A stretch of DNA of 63,569 nt, counting the filler, from Chrysochromulina tobinii (taxonomy: Eukaryota), in NCBI GenBank assembly GCA_001275005.1. It is 7 parts of 7 records of this genome, joined end to end, with 100 filler letters (N's around TTAATTAATTAA, not from the genome) between each part and the next. Parts side by side here need not be neighbours in the genome. Positions count along the whole stretch, not along the records: positions 4,678 to 11,943 come from JWZX01001027.1; positions 12,044 to 20,552 come from JWZX01001028.1; positions 20,653 to 42,177 come from JWZX01001029.1; 4 more parts are not named here. One strand, written 5' to 3'. Below are positions 9,828-21,927 of this stretch, in pieces; position 1 is the stretch's first letter, and the number at the start of each line of letters is the position of its first letter. The position numbers and the translations under genes were made by a program. The notes under the pieces are model-generated. The model worked only from the letters and a program-made list of their open reading frames with translations. It did not search any database and was not told the origin of the DNA.

Positions 9828-9873
<46 letters not shown>

Positions 9874-11758
9874 AGGAGGAGGAGGAGGCGGCGCCCTCAT
9901 CGGCGGAGTCCTCGAGAGCGGTCAAATCAGATCGTGCGGCGGTCGCGCCGCGTGATGAGAGCCAACCGCCCAGCCCTCTGTCGTAACCACCCAGCCCACT
10001 GTCGTAGTTGTAACCACCGAGCCCATTATTGTAATGAGAGGAGTCATCATAGCTCATCTCCGATCGAATTGAGAGCCCATTATTGTAATGAGAGGAGTCA
10101 TCATAGCTCATCCCCGATCGAATTGAGGTGTCGAAGCTCAAAGGCGCCGTACCGGTCGCCGCGGCCGTTGGGGGCGCTCGCCAAATGTTCGCGCCTCCCT
10201 GAGCGTTCACACCGGTCGCCGCGGCCGTTGGGGGCGCGCGCCACGTGTCCTTGTGTGAAGGCGTGTGTGAAGCCGTGTGTGAAGGTGGCGGGAGGGTGCC
10301 TCGAGAGACGCGCGTCGCATCGAGTGGTACGAGGTGCTGTGGGAGCTGGGGAGGGGCCATCGCGGCATTCCACAGCTCCATCTGTGGGAGCATTGCCATC
10401 TTTGGACGTGCATGCATCGCTCCCGCATGCAGCCGAGGCGTGATCGCGAGCGGCGGCAGCGCGCCGTCGCGGGCGCCGTCCACCAGAGCGGCGACGGAGG
10501 CGGCCGCGTAGGTGGCAGCGGCGGTGGAGGCGGCCGCGTAGGTGGCAGCGGCGGTGGAGGCGGCCGCGTAGGTGGCGGCGGCGGTGGAGGCGGCCGCGTA
10601 GGTGGCGGCGGCGGTGGAGGCGGCCGCGTAGGTGGCAGCGGCGGTGGAGGCGGCCGCGTAGGTGGCGGCGGCTTGCGCGGTGGCCGGCGGCCGCCTGCCT
10701 GCAGGCGTTGTCCCGGGCGTCAGTGTCCCAAACGGCTCGAGAGTCACGAGCGTGCGCGATGAGAGAGTGCTTCGAGCCGAGGCTGGCGGCGGCTGCATTT
10801 TCGGACGGAGCGGCGGCGCGCTGGTGGCATAAGCCGTCGACGGCTTAACCACGTACGCCGTCTCTCTCTCGATGTGTAAGGAGACGTAGGCTCCGGCAGC
10901 ACTCTTCGGCGGCGCAACGCAACGGTCGGCGGCGGTGGGCAGCGGCGCCGTCGCGGGCGGTAGCGCCGTCGCGGGCGGTAGCGCCGTCGCGGTCCATCGC
11001 AAATAGAGTACAAGTACGCCTGGAGTCTCTTGACCGTCGTCGAGATGTAGTCGTACCTCGACGGGCTCGGCCTCGATGGGGTCGTCTCCTTTCTCGGCGC
11101 CTACGCCCGTCTCGATGGCTGCGGCGGCGGCGGCGGCGGCGCGCGCGCGCAGCGTGGCGGCATACGCGCCCAACGGCACCGTCGCATGGCCGAGAGGTTC
11201 GTCACGCGCGCCACGGTCAAAATCCCACACGGCCACCTCCAGAGTGGCCTGCTCGAGGGTCGTAGGCAATGCAACGGCTGCGGGCTTCGGGGGCGCACCG
11301 CTGGCGCCGGCCTTGCTACTGACGGAACTGACGGCTTTGACGGAACTGACGGCTCTGACGGCATCGTGCTGCGCCGTGCCGGCCGACGCCGTAGCATCAG
11401 TGCCGTCAGTTCCGTCAGTTCCGTCAGTAGCCTCAGTGCCGGGCGGCGGCATCGGCTCGGGCAGCACGAACGTGAACTCTTCGTCCCAATTTGGGTTGAG
11501 GCTGTTACGAATAGTGGCGCTGCGAGCGGTTCGTCGGCCGACGCGCAATCTCACGAATGGGTCGGACTGTCCTTGGGCGTCTGAGGCGAGAAGGCCTGTT
11601 GCGTGGCTCAGATGCACACGGAGGATGCCCGGGACGGCGCCCGAGCCCGCGCGCCGGGAGCGAGGGCGGTAGGTGGGAGGGGGAGCGGCCAAGGCGGCCA
11701 GTGAGGATGACGTGGAGGAGCGCCGTGGTGAGCACGCGCATGCAGCGGGAGCGGCCAA
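9476..11758 (-). CDS. C2-domain protein with low-complexity C-terminus (gene ends uncertain)
   Basis: ILRVHLSHATGLLASDAQGQSDPFVRL..NSLNPNWDEEF..VAVWDFDRGARDEPLG is a Ca-binding C2 signature. Confidence 0.75.
10490..10672. repeat. 30-bp coding minisatellite (AAATYAAAST)n
   Basis: About 6 copies of GGCGGTGGAGGCGGCCGCGTAGGTGGC(A/G)GC. Confidence 0.9.
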
Positions 11759-11943
11759 GGCGAGGGCGGCGGCGGCGGCGGCGACGGCGGCTGGGCTGGC
11801 AAGGGCACTCGTTGCGGCGACGAGCGGAGGAGCGAGGGAGCCATGGTTCCCTCGGGGGGAGAGGAGTTGCGGCGGCGACGGAGAGGTCGGAGGCGGCGAC
11901 GCACTCCGAGAGGTGGCGCCTCCACCCCCTCCCCCTCCCCCTC

Positions 11944-12043
11944 NNNNNNNNNNNNNNNNNNNNNNNNNNNNNNNNNNNNNNNNNNNNTTAATTAATTAAN
12001 NNNNNNNNNNNNNNNNNNNNNNNNNNNNNNNNNNNNNNNNNNN
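11944..12043. other. Artificial contig linker
   Basis: N-run with TTAATTAATTAA. Confidence 0.98.
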
Positions 12044-13146
12044 GGGGGCGGCGGCGGCGGCGGCGGCGCAGTAGTGGCCGCCTTCGCACGACTGGCCAGC
12101 TGCAGCATCATATCCGCCTCGGCCTCCACCGCGCGCAAGTCGCTTTGTCGGCGTTTACTCTCCGCCGCCGCCGCCGCCGCCGCCACCTCGGCTGCGGGCG
12201 CGGGCGCGAGAATGGACGGCGCCACGGACGCAAGCGCGGGCGCGGGCGTGGGCGTGGGCGTGGGCGCGGCGGCGGGCGCGGCGCGCACCTTCAACGGCGC
12301 AAGTCGGAGCAACCGCCGCTCTCGCAGCACGTGTAGAAAGTAGTGGCGCCAAAAGGAGCTCTCCTTGAGCTTCCCGCGCACGAGGCGGAAGCGCTTCTCA
12401 GCGACGGATGGGTCAAAGAGGAGTGCCGCGCGTGCGCAGCTGAGGAGCACTTCGAGCTCGGCCTCGACGAAGGGGTCGTCCCCAGCGCCACTGCCACCAC
12501 TCCTGCCGCCGCCGCCGCCGCCGCCGCTCAGGAGCGCGGGCAACTCGGGCGCCTCGGTGAAGCTCGCGTCGAAGTCGGAGAGGCGGCGGACAGCCTGCTC
12601 CAGGGCGCTGCGCAGGCTCGGCGTCGGTGCATCTAGCCACGGGGCCTCCGCGACCGGGTCCTCAACGGGAGCTGTTGCCGTTGATGGCGCGGCAGCCGTG
12701 CCCGATAGCACCGCCAGCCCCACCTGCACGTGCTTCAGGCTCTCCGCGAGCTGCTGGCGCTCCGCGCGCTGTGCCTCCTCAGTGCAGTATCGCGCCTGCT
12801 CGCGCTGGTACTGCTCGACGCTCTCCTCGTACTTGGCCTTGAGACTGTCCGCGACGCCGCCAAAGGCAGAGCTGAAGACGCTCGTCGCGGGCGCGGCACT
12901 TTCGAGTAGGCCATCGAACTTTGCCATGGCGGCCGACGGCACCACGCTCGTCACGCTCGAGAACAAGCCACTCAGGGACGGTGGCGCAGACGATGGAGCG
13001 GCTGCAGTCGACGAGAAGCCGAGCGATGAGAACCAGCCCGAGTCGGAGGCCGCAGGCGCCGCCGCCCGAGAGGCGGCTACTGACACGGGCGTGGGCGGTG
13101 CATGAGCGTCGAGCCACTTGTCGAACTCCTCAACGCTCTCCGCCAT
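12044..13146 (-). CDS. BSD-domain protein (3' partial)
   Basis: DPSVAEKRFRLVRGKLKESSFWRHYF matches the BSD FW..YF motif; runs into the gap. Confidence 0.7.
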
Positions 13147-13485
13147 CCGTTCCGTCCAAAGGCCCTCCACGGACCAGACAAACCTGAAGTCCCGCCATGA
13201 ACGTCCAGAAGCAGGTTACCGGTACGACATGTTTACGAGAAGTGTATAGTGTGGTCTTTTTAGTCAACATCTCGATACAATGGCAACAATGGAAGGACAC
13301 GCAGGACACGCAGGAGTAGGTGTTGAGGAGGGGCCGGGGTTCCGTTGCGTCGGAGGCTTTTCGTCTCTTCACGGCCAATGGCTATGATTCAACACCCAAG
13401 ACACCGGACGGGCGTACATACGGAGCAGCCCCTAGCTCGGTGACCCCTGGTCTTTGATGCAAGACTTCCGTATTTGGAACATTTA

Positions 13486-14214
13486 ATGTCGCACAAGTAC
13501 ACGGAGGCGAGTCCGCTCGAGCCCGTATCGACAAGCAACGAGGAGTTTGTTATATTGAGCTTGCCTCCCATGCCAAAGCCCGACCACATGCAGGGGCTGT
13601 CCGAGTCAGCGTGTGGCTTCATCTTCGTTGTTGCGATCATCATCGGCGCGGTGGTGGCCGTGAGCGCAGTGCAGTGGGGTCTCCCTTGTCCCATCGCGAT
13701 CAGCTTTTCCGTGGCCATCTATGTCGAGGCTGCCATCGCCTTTAGCTGCCTGATGGGCGTGCTATGCGCCGACCCAGGCGTGGTCCTTCGCACGCCGCAG
13801 ACCGTCTTCCCGATTCCGCATGAGGTCCAGGCGTGCCTCAACACGGGCATGCCGCTCGAGGAGCTCGAGAAGAATCTCGTAGGTCCTGACGGGCGCGTCT
13901 ACTGCGTTCGCTGCCTAGTGTGGCGGCCGAGCGAGCATAGGAGCAGTGACTCCGAGCGCTGGAAGGGGCATCACTGCCGCGTGTGCAACCGGTGCGTCGC
14001 CAAGTTTGACCACCACTGCGGCGTCTTCGGACGTTGCATCGCGGGCGATGCTTATGGCAGGAGCTCGGCTGAGCGCGGGAACATCGTGTACTTCTATGCG
14101 CTGCTCACGATGGCGGGGGTCGCATTTGTCACTCTATTTCTGGCGACTCTGACAGCCGGCTCATGTGTTCCGAGCCGAGTGGTCATCTCGAGTGAAACGG
14201 GCACACGCCACTAA
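13486..14214 (+). CDS. DHHC palmitoyltransferase
   Basis: DPG motif, CVRC...HHCRVCNRCVAKFDHHCGVFGRCI, flanking hydrophobic helices. Confidence 0.9.
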   Translation: MSHKYTEASPLEPVSTSNEEFVILSLPPMPKPDHMQGLSESACGFIFVVAIIIGAVVAVSAVQWGLPCPIAISFSVAIYVEAAIAFSCLMGVLCADPGVVLRTPQTVFPIPHEVQACLNTGMPLEELEKNLVGPDGRVYCVRCLVWRPSEHRSSDSERWKGHHCRVCNRCVAKFDHHCGVFGRCIAGDAYGRSSAERGNIVYFYALLTMAGVAFVTLFLATLTAGSCVPSRVVISSETGTRH

Positions 14215-14422
14215 CACGGCCACTAAAAACTCAGAGTAGGTAAAATTATAGTGATAATTGAAACTGACAAACAACGATAACCATGTTCCCTTGGTTGAAA
14301 AGTAGCCTCGGGTCACTAATTCTCAGATCTGGAGATTCGCCGCCCGGGGGACATTTTGGCTGTCCCGGCCTCGGCGGCTACGGCCTACGCCTGCGGCACG
14401 GGGCTTCCGCCGGCCGCGGCGG

Positions 14423-15083
14423 TTACGCCCCACGAACTACCCGCAGGTCCTTTTCTTCCCACCTCGACATCAGGACCGCTCCGTCGGACTGGCGCACGTC
14501 GACGCGTGCCAGCTTGAGCGGCGCGGGCGCCGGCCCGCGCGTAACAGAGCCGTCAGCAGCATCTGCCAAACGCGAGTCGAACCCGTGGCACTCACGACGA
14601 GGCTGGGTGCAATTCTGGGTAGCGAGACGGTAGCGAGACGACCGGCTTGCAGGGGAACTCACATCGCGAGCCATGGCAGGGACAGGCGAAGCCGCCGGTG
14701 AGTGGATCCGGCTGCACGAGGCAGCCCAGATGCGTGCACTCTGCTCGCAGTGCGTAGGGCTGCACGTTGCGCTCGTCGCCCGTCGCAACCGTGAGCAGAA
14801 AGTGCGGTTCGCCGTCGAGACCGAGCACCAAGTCGGGCACATCGGTGACGTGGCTCTTTAGCCAGCTGTCCATCGTCACGACTGCGCCGTTGCGATCCGT
14901 CACTGGCTCAGGCGCGGACACCGCTCCAGATGGCATGGCAGAGAAAGCGAAAGGGGCCGCTGTGGCTGCCGAGGTTGTGAACGACCGACGGCTGCAACCT
15001 GCGCAGGACGGTCGGACGGGCTGGCTCGAATGTGCCCAGTGGATAAAAAGCGCAAAGATTTCGATCGACAAGCGCTCCCGCAT
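14423..15083 (-). CDS. Rieske [2Fe-2S] protein, cytochrome b6f PetC-like paralog (intron 14563-14662)
   Basis: CTHLGC and CPCHGS ligands; splicing the GT-AG intron restores GSRY-AADGSVTRGPAP; N-terminal leader with SRRSF. Confidence 0.85.
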
Positions 15084-15272
15084 TATCCGACGTCGGCGGC
15101 AGAGTTTGCCAAAACGCTCAAAATAATTGTTTGCAAACTTCGGCGTGCGTGATTGTCCGAATGCTTCTGTAGTAGATGAAGGCCTAAAACCGGCCTGAAT
15201 ATTTTTCCAAATCGGGCTCGAGACCCTTTCATGGTGCATGCGACGAAAGAACGCACTCATCCGGATTGACCC

Positions 15273-15801
15273 ATGTCAGTTGCCCCTGGACCAGCGGTGG
15301 GGGAACCAGTCGTCGACGGCGAACCGGTGTCGATTGGAGAGCCCACTCCATTCTGCACGACCAGCGCTCAAGGCCAATTTGCAGACACGCCCAACCTTTG
15401 CGCTGGGCCACTCACGGGGCCAGCTCCTCTCCTGCTAGCGCGTGAAGTCGAAGGAGTGTACTATCATGCTGAAGCGGGCCATGCACTTAGCATAGCGATC
15501 TGCACGTCGTGCGGCTGCAGCGACTGCTACTGCGGGTGCTGCTTCTTCGTGCGCCAACTGAGCCCGAACCCCCAACTTGGCGCCCCTGATATGCCCCGAA
15601 GAGCTAACTGGTGAGATTTCCTCCTCACAGGGCGTGATGCCATTCTTGCCCATCCTGATGGGCCGGAGTGCGTCGTGCAAGGGCAAGAAGACGAACACCT
15701 TCAACGACTGCGTCCTGTTCCATACGTTCGCGGATCGCCACACTCTTCACGTCTATCTCGGCTGCTGCCTTGGGGATAAGTTTGTGCGCGTTGCTGAATG
15801 A
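15273..15801 (+). CDS. Small Cys-rich hypothetical protein (intron 15549-15630)
   Basis: Two ORFs join in frame through a phase-0 GT-AG intron. Confidence 0.45.
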
Positions 15802-16424
15802 GGTGGCTCTCTACTAGCCGCAGACAATCGCTCTCCAAAGTCGGCCCACGGAAGCGCCGGGGTGGACGGCAAAACCGGGAGTTGCCCTTGGACCCGTAGG
15901 CCCACTGGTGCGCTCGCCAACCGCGCGTGGGCGCCTTCTGTGAGACAGAAAACCCGGCGGGCGGATCCGCGCTCAAGCGCATCGAGTCGGACGCGCGCGG
16001 CCGCCCGGCGAGGCGGCGTGTCTTGGCCGGGCCGCTTCGCGCGCGTTGGCGCGAGCATGCACGATGCCGGGGGGGCGCGGCAAGATCTGTCAGTACGCCA
16101 CATCAGACCGCACAGACGGAGATGAAACCGTGCTGCGCACTAACTGCGCACTGGCGAGTGGCTCGGGCCCCGTGATGTAGAGATGCAGCACCACTCAGCA
16201 TTGTCCACCTGGTCCACTTAAAAATGAAAAACAGTGGACCTTAGTCCTTACCCCCCCGCAGTAACTTGAGTCTTGAGTGTACCTCAAAAAAGGACCAGGG
16301 GGGAGGTAATCTCTCATGGAAAATCGCACGAGCTAAAGATGCCGTGCATGTACTCACCCTGTCCATCCGCGGGCATGCGGGAGCGGATGTAGTCACCGCG
16401 CTCCAACTACTTCGGGAAGCGCGC

Positions 16425-16805
16425 TTAGGAGAGGAGGGTGGGCAGCAGCACCGCAAAGGTGCCGAGGCCGACCACAGTCACAGCGATCTGGAGCGTCGAG
16501 ATCTCAAGATCCTGGAAGTTCTCGGCCGAGAAGAAGGAAGGCAGACCGTCCTGGACGGCAGTCGTGGGCGCCGGGCCCTGGAAGAAGAGGTAGTCCTCGC
16601 CATTCTCAAACGCCTGCACCTGCACAGACTGGCCGTTGTCGCCGAGCCAGCCATCGCTGTCGCCCTTCCTGCCGCCGAACGGACCCTTGGGCGCGACCAT
16701 CGAGACCGAGCCTGCGCGCGATACGGCGCGCAGCGGAGCGACAGCGTTGAAGGCCGAGGTCGGCGCCGCGAGCATGCCGAAGAGCGCAACCAAGGAGATC
16801 TGCAT
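16425..16805 (-). CDS. Small plastid-targeted protein with C-terminal TM helix
   Basis: Signal peptide ending in TSA|F (ASAF-type), R/S/A-rich transit peptide, acidic core EDYLFFQGPAP, hydrophobic C-terminus. Confidence 0.75.
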   Translation of the reverse strand: MQISLVALFGMLAAPTSAFNAVAPLRAVSRAGSVSMVAPKGPFGGRKGDSDGWLGDNGQSVQVQAFENGEDYLFFQGPAPTTAVQDGLPSFFSAENFQDLEISTLQIAVTVVGLGTFAVLLPTLLS

Positions 16806-17017
16806 TTGTTGGATGCGGAGTACCCAGATTTGCGAGATGCGAGGAGTTTGATTTGCGCTACTTAAGAAAGTCGACGTCGTCACGCAGACCGCGCCCGTGC
16901 CTGCTCACAACCCTTCTCGCGAGATTCTCTTCGTGTGTAACGAAGCCAGGCAAACTTTGGCGTCTGCCACAGTCGTCTGTCTGCGAACCGACCGCCGTGG
17001 TCGTGTACCCCTAGGCG

Positions 17018-18691
17018 ATGGCACCGACCGCCGTGGTCGTGGCCCTCCTCCTCGCCCAGTGCCGTCGCGACAGCCCGGTGACAGTCAGCGACGCGGACGT
17101 GGAGAAGGTGCGCGCGGACGACCTGGCCCACTTAGCCAAGCGCGAGATTGACCCCGCCGCCGTGCGCGCGCTCGACGGTGGCGCGTGCAAGGGCAAAGGC
17201 TCGACGCAAGACGGCGTCGCCGAGGACCTCAATGGCAAGTGCATCGACTTCGGCACGCCGTGGACGATTCTGCCGGCCGAGGACGGTTCGCACAGCCACA
17301 CGCCGATGACGTTCCTGCCCCCGGTCAGCAATGTCCGAGCACCTGCAGCACCCGAGGTCGCGCAGCATGCTGCCAAGCTGCGCGCGGCGGTGCTTGGGAT
17401 GCAGTTCCCTGCCATGTGCCCGCAACAGGGGCGTGGCGTCATGTACTACCACACGCTACCCCAGGTCGGCTTCGGCTCGGTCATCGAATACGCGACCATG
17501 CACCAGGCACGCGCGCTCGCCATCCAGACGCAGTTCCGCGTCGGTGCCGAGTCGTCGGTCGCATGGGCGTCGTCGTGGTTCTGCGGCCCTGAGCGCTCGC
17601 TCGCGTGCTACTTCAACATGACAAGCTGCTGCGCGCCAGTGCAGACGCAAAATGGCCAGCCACTCATCCTCGCGCGACGTCGCGACCCGATCAACACGGC
17701 GGCAAGGGGCTTCAACGAGTACGGCTCGATGTGGGTGTATTCACAGCTCACGTACCTCCTCTTCGAGAACCTGACGCCGCACACGCGCAAGGCGCTGGCC
17801 GAGCGGCGCGCGACGACGCTCGCGACGAATCTGCGCTCGATGTCGACCCTCCTGCCCCCGCGCCATGGTGTGGGCGACGCGGCCGCCGGCGCCTCCCGCC
17901 CACTGGTGATCGGCATGCATATCCGGCGGGGCGACTCATGCAGCAACGGCCGGTACTGCCCCAAGAACCTGACTTCGAGCTACTTTGCAGCGGCGGCACA
18001 GCTGCGGGCGACCTACGGCGCGAACCACATCCTCCTGGCCACTGACGATGGCGAAGCAGCCTCCATGTGCGCGCAGCGCCACATGGGCTTCGTTTGCACC
18101 ACGCAGAGCATCGAGCGCTCCAAGTTTCTGAATGGGAATGTGGCGGGGACCGCCGGGCTCATTGAGAATCGCGTGGCGCAGCACGATCAGAAGGACGACC
18201 CGCTCTCCGGCAGCGCGGTCTCGCTCGACGCCCTTGCGGATATTGATATGCTCGCCGACGCGGACATGTTCGTGCTGCTCTTCCGCTCGTGCTTCGCCCG
18301 AGTCGCCTACGGGCTGGCGCTCGCCCGCAATAATCGGCCGCCGCCGGTCATTTCTCTCGAGGCCCCGTGGTCGCCCTCCCGCATGGGCAAGCTGGCGGGG
18401 GGCAAGATGCTTGGGCGCAAGATGGACACGGCATGTGTTGGCAAGGCTTGTGGTGGCAAGGCACTGCGCAGACAGCGCAAGCTGGGGGCTAGGACTGGCG
18501 GCATTCCGGAGGGGGGCGGCGGGGGCGGCCAAAACGCGGAGGCAAAGGCGCTGCGCAGGCAGCGGAAGGCGGCCTATTTGGCAAAGGGGGTTGGGGGCAA
18601 GCCGAGGAATCTAAGGAAGCTCGCGGAGATGAGGCGGCGGCAGCAGGCACGAGGAGATTTGCCAGCCGAGGAAGGTAGCGCTTCGAGGTAG
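17018..18691 (+). CDS. Alpha-1,6-fucosyltransferase-like glycosyltransferase (FUT8/NodZ-like)
   Basis: GDP-fucose motifs IGMHIRRGD, ILLATDD, ALADIDMLADADMFV; N-terminal signal/anchor. Confidence 0.8.
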   Translation: MAPTAVVVALLLAQCRRDSPVTVSDADVEKVRADDLAHLAKREIDPAAVRALDGGACKGKGSTQDGVAEDLNGKCIDFGTPWTILPAEDGSHSHTPMTFLPPVSNVRAPAAPEVAQHAAKLRAAVLGMQFPAMCPQQGRGVMYYHTLPQVGFGSVIEYATMHQARALAIQTQFRVGAESSVAWASSWFCGPERSLACYFNMTSCCAPVQTQNGQPLILARRRDPINTAARGFNEYGSMWVYSQLTYLLFENLTPHTRKALAERRATTLATNLRSMSTLLPPRHGVGDAAAGASRPLVIGMHIRRGDSCSNGRYCPKNLTSSYFAAAAQLRATYGANHILLATDDGEAASMCAQRHMGFVCTTQSIERSKFLNGNVAGTAGLIENRVAQHDQKDDPLSGSAVSLDALADIDMLADADMFVLLFRSCFARVAYGLALARNNRPPPVISLEAPWSPSRMGKLAGGKMLGRKMDTACVGKACGGKALRRQRKLGARTGGIPEGGGGGGQNAEAKALRRQRKAAYLAKGVGGKPRNLRKLAEMRRRQQARGDLPAEEGSASR

Positions 18692-18987
18692 CGCTGCTAC
18701 GTGGTCATGAAGCATCACTACTGGGGCGGGGCAATGCGCGCTTACCCCTTGGGTGTACTGAGCGTGGGCGTGTGACGCGTGAGGGCGCTTACTGGTATAC
18801 TCAAGTACGGTGGGAGTATCCCACCTCCCACTTCCCACGAAGAGCACAGTACAGAACAGTGCTCAGTGGGTGCCAATCGCACCTCCAAACTTCAAAGCAT
18901 ATAACTGTGACACCGTCGGAACACAGCAGCATTTTTTGGCGTCTCGACGCACGTGTGTGCGCTCGCGGCCGCTGTCCACCGGTACCG

Positions 18988-19846
18988 ATGGGAGCTGAGG
19001 AGTCGAAGCCGTCGGGTGATATCCCAGCTGAGGGCCTCGAGAGGATCGCCGCGCTCGAGCAGGAGCTCGCGGCGGCGCGTGCGGCGGTGAAGCCGTCAGC
19101 ACGGGGATCAGCACGGGGATCGGCACGGGGAATGGCATCGTCCACACCCAGGCAATCGGCACGAGGTTTACTGGATTTCATAGCGCCGCCCCCACCACCA
19201 CCCCCAGAACCCACGAGCACTGACTGGCTCGACAAGGTGGGTGCGACGCAGATGCTCGTGGACCAGCTGATGGGAGGGCCTTCAGAGATGCTGCTCCCTG
19301 AAGCGCTGCTCGCCCGACCGCTCCGTCGTGAGCTCCTGCTCGAGGCGCTGGCCTCGCCGGCGCTCCATGAGAAGATCTCTGGCGCGATGTTGCAGGATCT
19401 CCTCGACGAGGCCAAGTTCCAGCTCGGGGAGCACATGCAGATCAAGCCCGAAGAGAGCAAGGTCGCCTCCACCTTTGCCGAAGAGCTCGCCCTGGCTGCC
19501 ATGGCCAAAGGCGCGCTGAGGAGCCTCTCCGCGGATGACATCGAGGCGATCGGGTTCGTCTCAAGTGAGGAGGCGACGATGCGCTCGTGGATCGGTGTGG
19601 CGCGCGAGCGCGCCGGACTGCCGCCGCCGCCCGCGCCCGTCGAGCTGCCCGCGCTGCCAGAGGCGCCCGTGCCCCCTTCGCTGCCAGACGATCCGACGAG
19701 GGTGGTGGACTGCCACGTCCTCATCTCAGAAGAGGGCGACGCCACGGTGGCGGTGGACGAGAGCGCCGAGGTCAAGGCGGCAGCAGAGGCGTTCGAGGCG
19801 GCACAAGAAGCGTACGCGGTCGCTCAGGAAGCATACCAGGCCGAGA

Positions 19847-19879
<33 letters not shown>

Positions 19880-20552
19880 AGGCGGCGGCGGCGGAGGAGG
19901 AGGTGGAGTTTCTGCGAGTGGATGAGGTGGTGGCGGCGCATCTTTTCGACACGCTCGTAGAGCACGTGGAGAAAGTGCGAGCAGAGCGGGCTGCGGCCGA
20001 GGCGGTCGAGGCGGCCCGGCTGGAGGCGGAGCAGCTCGAGCAGGTGCGTCCTCTGAGTGCCTCTGATTGCCACCCTTATCCTGTGGTTGCAGCTCGAGCA
20101 GGTGCGTCCTCTGAGTGTCCTCTGATTGCATCTGATTGCATCTGATTGACTCTGACTGCCACCCTAATCCTGTGGCTGTGGCTCGAGCAGGAGCGACTTG
20201 CGGCCGAGGCGGCGGCAGCCGAGGCGGTCCGTCTCGAGGAGGAGCGGCTGGCAGCGGAGGCAGCCGAGGCGGAGCGGCTGGCAGCGGAGGCAGCCGAGGC
20301 GGAGCGGCTGGCAGCGGAGGCAGCCGAGGCGGAGCGGCTGGCAGCGGAGGCGGCGGCGGCCGAGGCGGTAGCGGAGGCGGCGGCGGCGGCTGCGGCCGCG
20401 GCCGCGGCTGCGGAGGCGGAAGCGCAGGCGAAGGCGGAGGCGGAGGCGGCTGCGGAAGCAGCGGTGGCTGCGGAAGCAGCGGCGGCCGAGGCGGCGGCGG
20501 CCGAGGCTGCGGCAGCGGCGGCAGCGGAAGCGGCGGCGGTGGAGGCGGCGGC
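18988..20552 (+). CDS. Glu/Ala-rich coiled-coil protein (3' partial; intron region 20044-20190)
   Basis: MGAEES start (possible N-myristoylation); frame continues after a GT-AG intron into EAERLAAE repeats. Confidence 0.6.
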
Positions 20553-20652
20553 NNNNNNNNNNNNNNNNNNNNNNNNNNNNNNNNNNNNNNNNNNNNTTAA
20601 TTAATTAANNNNNNNNNNNNNNNNNNNNNNNNNNNNNNNNNNNNNNNNNNNN
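20553..20652. other. Artificial contig linker
   Basis: N-run with TTAATTAATTAA. Confidence 0.98.
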
Positions 20653-21318
20653 TGTTAACAAAGACCAAGGTCATGTACAAGCCCACCGAACGGATCACCT
20701 TTGACCGCATACGCGATGTGCGAGGCGCCGAGCGCGTGCTGGGTCGCATGCTGCCGGGCGACGTAGCGCACGACGCAGGCTTTCCCGAGAGCGATGAGCC
20801 GCTTCCTTACGAGCCGCGCTAACGCGGCGAGGCGCAGGTTGTCAGCAGGGAAGCGCCACGTGATCTGCGCCATGGCCACTCTGCGCTCATAGAATAACGC
20901 GTGTCTGACTGGCGCGCCCATCGTCCGGCGATCACACACATAGAGAGGATGTCACACTATCGTTTGGCCCCGGGCAAATACTGTCAACCAGTCAAGGCGG
21001 GGATCAGCGTGACAGTCAGTCAAATATTTTGCGCTACTCAAATGTATCGCCTCCCATAGATACATTGTAGCTACCTTCGCTTCCTAAGTTTTCATGATTC
21101 ATGTAAATTACCGACTGAGTACATTGTAACTACTATGTGTGATCCACTTCTTTGAAACAAAAAATAGCTGACCGGGCTGGCTGTCACCTGTCTGCGCGGG
21201 GCTCTCGGTGGAGATACAGACTGACCCGCTCACCCGCTCACCAAATTTTACCGCTCGTCGATTTCGTCACAGGTGTGCTCCCAAGAAGGACGGACTGTCA
21301 GTCGACTGAGTCCCGGAC

Positions 21319-21927
21319 ATGAAGCGCGTGAAAGCACCGCGAGCTTCGGAGCAGGAGCGGCTGACGATAACTGCCGCTGCACCGTCGTGCAGCGCGGAGC
21401 CGCAGCCGCAGCAAGCCAGGGCCTCTGGTGCCAGCCAGTCATCATCCACTGCCATCGAGAGCGACGACTGGACAGGATCAATGGTGGCGCCCCTACGATC
21501 GTGGGCATGGAGAGCGCTCGAGACTGCGCGAGGGGAGCTGCGGCTAGCCATGGACTCAGTCGTCGAGGACATGGAGGCTGTATCAGAGGCCCTCAGCTCC
21601 CATACATTGGTGGGCGAAGCCACGAGCTCCATTAGATCCCTCGATTGCCGAGGGGGAGTCTCGTCAGAGTCCGCCCTCGACGAAGAGAGTACTCGGGTCG
21701 ACGATTTCTTCACCCCTGCTGTGGTGCGAATCGAGTACGAGCAGGCGGACTGCATCGCGCCCCCGCAACGATGCGATGGATTCGAGGTGAATGGCCCGTG
21801 ACCTCATAAGAATGACCTCTGGGCTCCATCCTTCACGCATGCTCTCCCACGCGTCTCCCCGTGTCTTGTCCATGCGCAGCTGATCAACTTTGAGGACGAG
21901 GCCGAGATCATCGCGTTTGACGACTGA
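21319..21927 (+). CDS. Hypothetical protein (intron 21787-21879)
   Basis: ORF splices in frame to LINFEDEAEIIAFDD-stop; no motif recognised. Confidence 0.4.
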
